Shown in pieces: positions 58,324-64,000 of a stretch of DNA of 64,000 nucleotides. The translations under genes and the position numbers were made by a program. The stretch is taken from positions 186,001-250,000 of IMG/VR virus record IMGVR_UViG_3300037042_006844; one strand, given 5' to 3'. The notes beneath the pieces are model-generated. The model was given only the letters and a program-made list of their open reading frames with translations, did not search any database and was not told the origin of the DNA. Numbering within the stretch: the stretch's first letter is position 1; each line of letters begins with the position of its first letter.

Positions 58324-61041
58324 TTAAAATCCGAAAAATTCATTCACTGTATTTTGATTCGCCGTAGGGAATTGCCATTTCAAAATTGAATAGAAATCTA
58401 AAAGTTTATTTTCTAATTCGGCCTCAAACATATGATGTCTATCCACATTTTTAGTAATAAAATCAAGAATTTGATCTGGATCAGTTCCATCTGCTTTGAG
58501 TGCGATACACTCAATTCCAAACTGGTTTTGTTTCAAATAGACATATTTGATTTTCTGTCCATGAAAAATTGGATGCACCATTTTGCCGATACCCGAATGT
58601 TGCAACAAATCGTTGTATGCTAATGCCGCTTTGGCTTGTGCTGTTGCTCCTTTGATAAATTTGAAACAATGGCGAGTTTTTGGATTGAAATCCGTTTTCT
58701 TGTCTTTGCTTTTGAACTTAACACTGGTATTCTTGGCAATATCAATAATACTCGCATTTGGAAGGTCGTTCAGCAATGCCAGAATTTTGACATCAATCTC
58801 TTCCTTGGGAGTTTTGCGAAGAATATCTTGCAGAAACGTTTCCATGAATTTGCGGAAATAAATTGGGAATGAGCTTTTAACTACGTCAATACCTTTGACT
58901 TCCAGTTTAGCAATATGATTTCCATTTTCATCAAAAACGAATTCTGAACGATTGTCGTTTGTGACTTCCATCGTTTTGACATCGATGCCGCCCACGTTAA
59001 TGATGAATTGTGCGTAACGCTTTTTGCTCAACCAAAAACTGGTCTTGGCAATAACTTCTTGCTTGGCATCGAAACGGTGTTTTTCAATATTGAACATCCG
59101 CACTGCCATAACATCATAAAACTTGTTCACGAACGTCTGGACTTCTGTGGTGACTTTGAGAATTGCCTCGGTCATCAACTTTTCATCGCTCTCATCGATT
59201 TCTGGCATGTTTTTCCGAATGATCGGCAGAGCACTGGCGAAACAAGAATCCGTGTCAGTATAGATCACCCAATTACCCTCGGTTTCGTTCAACGATTTTT
59301 TGAAATACTCGTTGATCGCTTTACCAGTTGTTTTGATAATATCCTGACCAGTTATTGTTACAGCACTCGCATTATCCTTGTCATAAAAACGAAAGATAGC
59401 CAGACCCAATACACCATATATGGAATTGAGAAGCACTTTCTGCACCTTTTGGCGTTGTTCATAAAATTCATACTGCTCCCAATCTTTTGCCTTCGCATAC
59501 TTCTTGGCAAGTGATCGCATTTCTTTACGCTCATCGAACCATTTTACAAGAATGCTTGGCAGCACACCCGGAACATCTTTTTGATACAAAACACCGTTGC
59601 TGGAAATACTCAACTTACTTTGGTCCAACAGTTCTTTCATTTGTGCATGTGAATAGAACGTCGAACCCATATGATATGTGGAAATTTTGTTTTGAGCAAA
59701 CATGCGAGCATTGTAACTATACAATTTCTGCTCAATATAACGATCAAGTGTAGTTTCCGTCTTGGCTTTATCACTAAGATTTTCCCAATCGTCGGTTAAC
59801 TCTTGCTTGCGTTCTGGAACGTGAATATCGTCGTATTCAACACGGTCAATTACTGCTACTTTTGTTTCAGGACTGAGGTTAAGACTAATGACGATATTCG
59901 GATACATTGATGTGAGGTCCAAATCAAACACCCATTCATAACGACCAGGAACAGGTTCTTTTACATAAGCTCCCTCAAATCCTTCTTCATCAGAATTCTT
60001 CTGGTTTTCATATTCTTCTCGCCCATCCACGGGTTTGTTTTTGGCGACTTGATTGTTCCTTCGCAGATACATCAATATTGCGCCCTCAATGAACCGTGAG
60101 CTACGATCATAGCACTCGTATGGAACGTGCCCTTTATGACAAATAGCTCGGACTAGATCGATAAACTTGAGTTTTTTATCGATTGCTACCATGATCTCTA
60201 CGTCATTCAAATTGTATTCAACATATTTTTTGATGTCCTCTTTGTAAAGAGTATCGAGACTGCCACGATAAGTAATCTTTTCCATGCCCACTTGTTTTTT
60301 ACCAATCGCGTTCAACGAATAGCTCGCCTCTTTTTTGATATTGAGCTTTTCGTAAACCTTCATGTAGTCCAAATGGGTAACGCCAGCAATTACCAATTTC
60401 TGGCTCCAATCGTTGATATAAACAATGCCGATTGGACTCAATCGTTTGGCATTCTCATACCCCACCACAGATTTGAGGCGACGATAGATGTAAGGCATGT
60501 CGAATTGATCGCTGTTCCATCCAGTTACAATCGTGGGCTGAATTTCTTCCCATTTGGATAGAAAGTGCATCAACATACTTTCTTCATTGCGAAAGCTTTT
60601 GATTTCTTTGTCGGGGCTGTCAAAGTCCGCCATCAAACCATTGCGGTCCAAAATGAATGCGGTATATTTCTTGGCAGCACTATCATATACAGCCAAAGCT
60701 GTGATTGTTTTGTCAGCCTCTCCGTCCGCAGCGATTCCACCTTCGATGTCGATTTCGATGTCCAAAAATAATACGCGATGACCTTCAGAAAGTTCGTCGC
60801 TATCTTCATAAGCATCAATCAGAATACGAGTATCAATTGGAACGTCACTTTCAAACAAAGAAGGATCGCGAGGATTGAAACTGAACACTTTCTCCAGATC
60901 GTCCCCGAACATACTTTTGTATTTACCGCCCGAACGCTTTCTATAAGCGTATGGGCGAAAAACAAAATTGGTATATCCAAGTTTGTCGTCCCACAGATGG
61001 CAGGTGTTTGTTTTACGCTCGAAGTAGATGTTTTGAAACAT
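58324..61041 (-). CDS. Family B DNA polymerase
   Basis: Exo FLDIE, GWN...FD, YNLND; pol DLTSMYP, KVLLNSIYG, YTDTDS, KKRY. Confidence 0.97.
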   Translation of the reverse strand: MFQNIYFERKTNTCHLWDDKLGYTNFVFRPYAYRKRSGGKYKSMFGDDLEKVFSFNPRDPSLFESDVPIDTRILIDAYEDSDELSEGHRVLFLDIEIDIEGGIAADGEADKTITALAVYDSAAKKYTAFILDRNGLMADFDSPDKEIKSFRNEESMLMHFLSKWEEIQPTIVTGWNSDQFDMPYIYRRLKSVVGYENAKRLSPIGIVYINDWSQKLVIAGVTHLDYMKVYEKLNIKKEASYSLNAIGKKQVGMEKITYRGSLDTLYKEDIKKYVEYNLNDVEIMVAIDKKLKFIDLVRAICHKGHVPYECYDRSSRFIEGAILMYLRRNNQVAKNKPVDGREEYENQKNSDEEGFEGAYVKEPVPGRYEWVFDLDLTSMYPNIVISLNLSPETKVAVIDRVEYDDIHVPERKQELTDDWENLSDKAKTETTLDRYIEQKLYSYNARMFAQNKISTYHMGSTFYSHAQMKELLDQSKLSISSNGVLYQKDVPGVLPSILVKWFDERKEMRSLAKKYAKAKDWEQYEFYEQRQKVQKVLLNSIYGVLGLAIFRFYDKDNASAVTITGQDIIKTTGKAINEYFKKSLNETEGNWVIYTDTDSCFASALPIIRKNMPEIDESDEKLMTEAILKVTTEVQTFVNKFYDVMAVRMFNIEKHRFDAKQEVIAKTSFWLSKKRYAQFIINVGGIDVKTMEVTNDNRSEFVFDENGNHIAKLEVKGIDVVKSSFPIYFRKFMETFLQDILRKTPKEEIDVKILALLNDLPNASIIDIAKNTSVKFKSKDKKTDFNPKTRHCFKFIKGATAQAKAALAYNDLLQHSGIGKMVHPIFHGQKIKYVYLKQNQFGIECIALKADGTDPDQILDFITKNVDRHHMFEAELENKLLDFYSILKWQFPTANQNTVNEFFGF

Positions 61042-61050
61042 AGGCTGTCA

Positions 61051-61281
61051 TTAGGATACACCCAACTTGGCAACAAGTCCATCGAAAAGTGGAAGATGTT
61101 CTTCTATTACTTTAGGTCGAGCATTTGCTAACCGTTCCATCAACTTTTTATGATTAATGGAAGGAAACACAGACGGGTCTAGTTCGACTCCAACCAATAC
61201 AGGAGGTTCGATTTTATTGATACAATACCACAATATCGCTAGTTCGTCTTCGTTTAATTCGTTTAATTGCTCTCGTCTCAT
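61051..61281 (-). CDS. Small hypothetical protein
   Basis: ATGA overlap with upstream gene. Confidence 0.6.
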   Translation of the reverse strand: MRREQLNELNEDELAILWYCINKIEPPVLVGVELDPSVFPSINHKKLMERLANARPKVIEEHLPLFDGLVAKLGVS

Positions 61282-62027
61282 TGGTGTAACTTGAGACCAA
61301 AAATGTTGGTCCCGTAGTTCACAAATAATACATTAGAGAGCTTGGTTTGTAAAGCTTTAATTTCAGCAACGTGCGCTTCTCTTTCTACGTCTTCAACTTC
61401 TTTGATGCTAAAACTATTACCTAAATTGCGAACCATGGAGTCTTTTGGACTAAGAGTAGCTTGCGGTGTGATGACCAGATAGTCATTTGGTTTGAGTTCT
61501 TTTTTCTTTTTGCTTTTATTGTCAAGAACTGTCACTTTACCATCCACCAAATATACATGCGTGAACTTATCTCCTGCTTTGATAAATAGTGTAGCCTTAT
61601 CAAATACAATTGTGCTCATACTGGTTGCGATGACTGACTGTTTGGTAGACTCACTGGCACAGTATAGTTCACCTTGAAACGAAAAATTGAATTGCGAGTC
61701 TTTGATTTTCAACACCTCTGGTAGTTTGAAATCGTTGGCGTATTCTGTTGGAGTGACGTTGAAAAACGCAGAACTGTTTTCTTTTTGATACACAACTATT
61801 TTATAAGGCAGTGCGTATGTAGCTGTGGAGTTGGTCGTTGTGACCACCGACAGATTGTTGTTGAGCGTATATGTATTTCCAATAATAGTAGGCACCACCA
61901 CCAATTTGTTGCTTACAACGTCACCAAGCTCAATTTTCTCGGTGGTGTCGTAAAGGAACAGATCGTTCGCGGTAACAGTGTTTACCAGCACAAACATTGA
62001 TATCAATAATGCGGTTAATTTTTTCAT
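61278..62027 (-). CDS. Secreted beta-rich protein (FecR-like?)
   Basis: Signal peptide MKKLTALLIS...TA; THVYLVDGKVTV...ELKPN; TATTTAT-N6-ATG. Confidence 0.6.
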   Translation of the reverse strand: MKKLTALLISMFVLVNTVTANDLFLYDTTEKIELGDVVSNKLVVVPTIIGNTYTLNNNLSVVTTTNSTATYALPYKIVVYQKENSSAFFNVTPTEYANDFKLPEVLKIKDSQFNFSFQGELYCASESTKQSVIATSMSTIVFDKATLFIKAGDKFTHVYLVDGKVTVLDNKSKKKKELKPNDYLVITPQATLSPKDSMVRNLGNSFSIKEVEDVEREAHVAEIKALQTKLSNVLFVNYGTNIFGLKLHQ

Positions 62028-62084
62028 ATACTAATAAATAGTTCTTTTAATTGACAGTTGCTGTTTATACTGTAGCATGATGCT

Positions 62085-63005
62085 ATGTCGGATCAAGAAC
62101 AAAAAATACAAAAGCGGGGTCGAGTGAGTTTCAGTCAATATTCAACTTTTCTGAAATGCCCCCATAAATGGTATTTGGATTACGTCAAAAACTTACGAGT
62201 TCGTGATGATAATGTAAATACTGCGTTTGGCACTGCGATGCACCATGTATTTCAAACTTATCTGACCGCTTTATACAAAGAGAATGCGGTCACAGCCGAT
62301 GCTTTGGATTTGAAAGCCATGTTCATGACCAAATTCAAAGAAGAAGTTGCAAAAATTCGTGCAGCAGGAGTTGTTTTAAGTGAAGACGAGTTCACCGAAT
62401 TTTGCTATGATGGCGATGATATTATTACTACATTCAGCAAAACCAGCAATCGTATCAAACATTTTCCTTCCAAAAAATATGAACTGGTTGGTATAGAATT
62501 GCCATTGGAAATTCCAATCAAAAACAACGTCAATTTCATTGGTTTTGTCGATGTGGTTCTGAAAGAAATCAACAAAGAGCAATATCGTATTATCGACATC
62601 AAAACCAGCAGCAATGGTTGGAATAAATACCAGAAGGCAGATGAAAGTAAATATTCTCAACTACATCTCTACAAAAGCGTTTATAGCAAAAAATTCGGTG
62701 TTCCTTTGAGCGCAATCGATGTGGAGTTTTTTATTGTTAAGCGCAAACTATATGAATCTGCCACTTATCCACAAAGCAGAATTGATGTATTTGTTCCTGC
62801 GCATGGACCTGCTGCCATTAAAGAAAGCATCAACAATTTCATTGAATTTTTGGATCACGGATTTCATCCAGACGGCACTTACAATGAGACCAGCGACTAT
62901 CCGAAAATCCCAGGCAACGCAAAAAAGAATTGCAAGTATTGCGCCCACTACAAAAAAGCGTGTGATGCTAAAGCAACGAAACTACAACCCGTATTGAAAA
63001 AGTAA
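62085..63005 (+). CDS. PD-(D/E)XK nuclease (RecB/AddB/Cas4-like)
   Basis: SFSQ...CP, GTAMH, GFVD, IIDIKT, QLHLY, CKYC......C; TTGACA-N16-TAGCAT-N6-ATG promoter. Confidence 0.9.
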   Translation: MSDQEQKIQKRGRVSFSQYSTFLKCPHKWYLDYVKNLRVRDDNVNTAFGTAMHHVFQTYLTALYKENAVTADALDLKAMFMTKFKEEVAKIRAAGVVLSEDEFTEFCYDGDDIITTFSKTSNRIKHFPSKKYELVGIELPLEIPIKNNVNFIGFVDVVLKEINKEQYRIIDIKTSSNGWNKYQKADESKYSQLHLYKSVYSKKFGVPLSAIDVEFFIVKRKLYESATYPQSRIDVFVPAHGPAAIKESINNFIEFLDHGFHPDGTYNETSDYPKIPGNAKKNCKYCAHYKKACDAKATKLQPVLKK

Positions 63006-63647
63006 ACTGGGGAATCTACTGGGGTCTTCAGGAATCTCGTAGTATGGCGATTGTCTCACCGACAGTTGATACGCAAAATGTTTGACTGGCGCAAAACAAT
63101 TGAACTCTGGATTTTGATAGAGTTCAATTGTTATATGATCTATTGCTTTGTTATAGACCGAGTTATGCACCGCATCAATGATGGGCTGAAAACTTCTTTT
63201 TTTGAAAACCATGCAGTGTGTTGTGAAATAATCGGTTGACGGTCTTATTACATATTCATTGACAGGTATTCGGACTCCCGTGGCAAGTTGACTTGGATGA
63301 TATCCTAAATTAAGAATATCCCATTCATTTGGTAGATTTGCTAAAAACAGACTTAACGATTCCTCCCAGTTCTTCGCAAAAAAACAATCGTCTTCGATCA
63401 CAGCAACACTTTCATAACCACTAATTCGTGCGTTTTCTAAAATTGATACATACGCCGACACAAGGCTGATGTTTGGTTTATGAAATCCTCCTGACACAGA
63501 AATGCTTGAATCTATGAATGAGGTCTCTGGTGCAATGACGTATTCAAATTTGATTCCATTACTTTTGAGATGATTATCGATATACCCAAACCGTTTCGAA
63601 GCAACAGTGGTAATAACGAATATTTTGTCTACAATATTGTGCAACAC
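62982..63647 (-). CDS. GT25-like glycosyltransferase
   Basis: KIFVIT, VIEDDC, WDILNLGYHP; paralog of 30419-31105. Confidence 0.8.
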   Translation of the reverse strand: MLHNIVDKIFVITTVASKRFGYIDNHLKSNGIKFEYVIAPETSFIDSSISVSGGFHKPNISLVSAYVSILENARISGYESVAVIEDDCFFAKNWEESLSLFLANLPNEWDILNLGYHPSQLATGVRIPVNEYVIRPSTDYFTTHCMVFKKRSFQPIIDAVHNSVYNKAIDHITIELYQNPEFNCFAPVKHFAYQLSVRQSPYYEIPEDPSRFPSLLFQYGL

Positions 63648-63720
63648 ATTAATACATATGGTGCCAAAATAAAAATAAGCGGTCGCAGCATATTCGCATA
63701 TGTATATATGTTAATATGTT

Positions 63721-63951
63721 ATGGAACCATTTGTTACAACAGTAAAATTAGACGACGAACTTTACACACAGTTCAAAGAAATCAACGTAAGAGGCAAAAT
63801 CTCTTTTCAGGATTTTGTCAACAAGTGCCTTCAGAAATATATTGACGACGTTGAATTTCGCAACGAAATCAGCGAAGGTGTGTGTCACAAGCTGAGTCAC
63901 AATCAGCCTTTCCAACTTTCAAATCCACATAAAGACAAAAATGAGCGATAA
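63721..63951 (+). CDS. Small ribbon-helix-helix-like DNA-binding protein
   Basis: TTVKLDDELYTQFK...SFQDFVNKCLQKY. Confidence 0.6.
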   Translation: MEPFVTTVKLDDELYTQFKEINVRGKISFQDFVNKCLQKYIDDVEFRNEISEGVCHKLSHNQPFQLSNPHKDKNER

Positions 63952-64000
63952 ACGTAAAATTCTATTAGCGTCGGACGATCTGCGAATGCACAGTGGCATT
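63941..64000 (+). CDS. Probable GT-B glycosyltransferase, 3' partial
   Basis: MSDKRKILLASDDLRMHSGI N-terminus. Confidence 0.55.
   Translation, partial: MSDKRKILLASDDLRMHSGI

Noticed and set aside
58324-61041. Intein or intron in the DNA polymerase
   Set aside because: Continuous 905-aa ORF; short insertions lack intein C/S...HN motifs
62085-63005. Cas4-like nuclease as evidence of a CRISPR-Cas system
   Set aside because: No array or other cas genes; solo PD-(D/E)XK nucleases are routine in phage replication modules
1-64000. Stop-codon reassignment
   Set aside because: Known proteins are full length under the standard code and TAA, TAG and TGA all terminate genes

Overview
64 kb of a large T4-like/jumbo dsDNA phage genome (standard genetic code, dense genes, no tRNA/rRNA/CRISPR seen). 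It carries a replication module (family B DNA polymerase, sliding clamp, clamp loader, PD-(D/E)XK nuclease, SF2 helicase, ThyA), auxiliary genes (Sir2, PstS, ClpP-like, ferritin-like, vWA, membrane PAS protein), probable virion/internal proteins (lysozyme fusion, DUF5661-like pair) and a roughly 28 kb glycosylation island, with more glycosyltransferases and nucleotide-sugar enzymes scattered elsewhere. The most striking signal is a set of IS200/IS605 (TnpB/OMEGA) elements. Four related copies (30390-30438, 39703-39976, 51357-52681, 58011-58318) are all inserted immediately 3' of TTCAT, i.e. directly in front of an ATGAA start codon on the opposite strand. Removing them in silico restores ATGA stop/start overlaps in two cases and plausible junctions in the other two. 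The right end supplies a replacement stop codon and the left end an outward promoter. One copy encodes TnpB, one looks like a stand-alone omega-RNA gene with its own promoter, one holds a nested inverted tnpB remnant and one is a 49-bp collapsed scar. An IS607 element is likewise inserted in the AT of the thyA start codon, and a further scar sits at a phage promoter motif. Two promoter classes (TATTTAT-N4..10-ATG and TTGACA-N16-TANNNT) point to largely leaderless transcription. All family assignments are from motif recognition by eye, not database searches.
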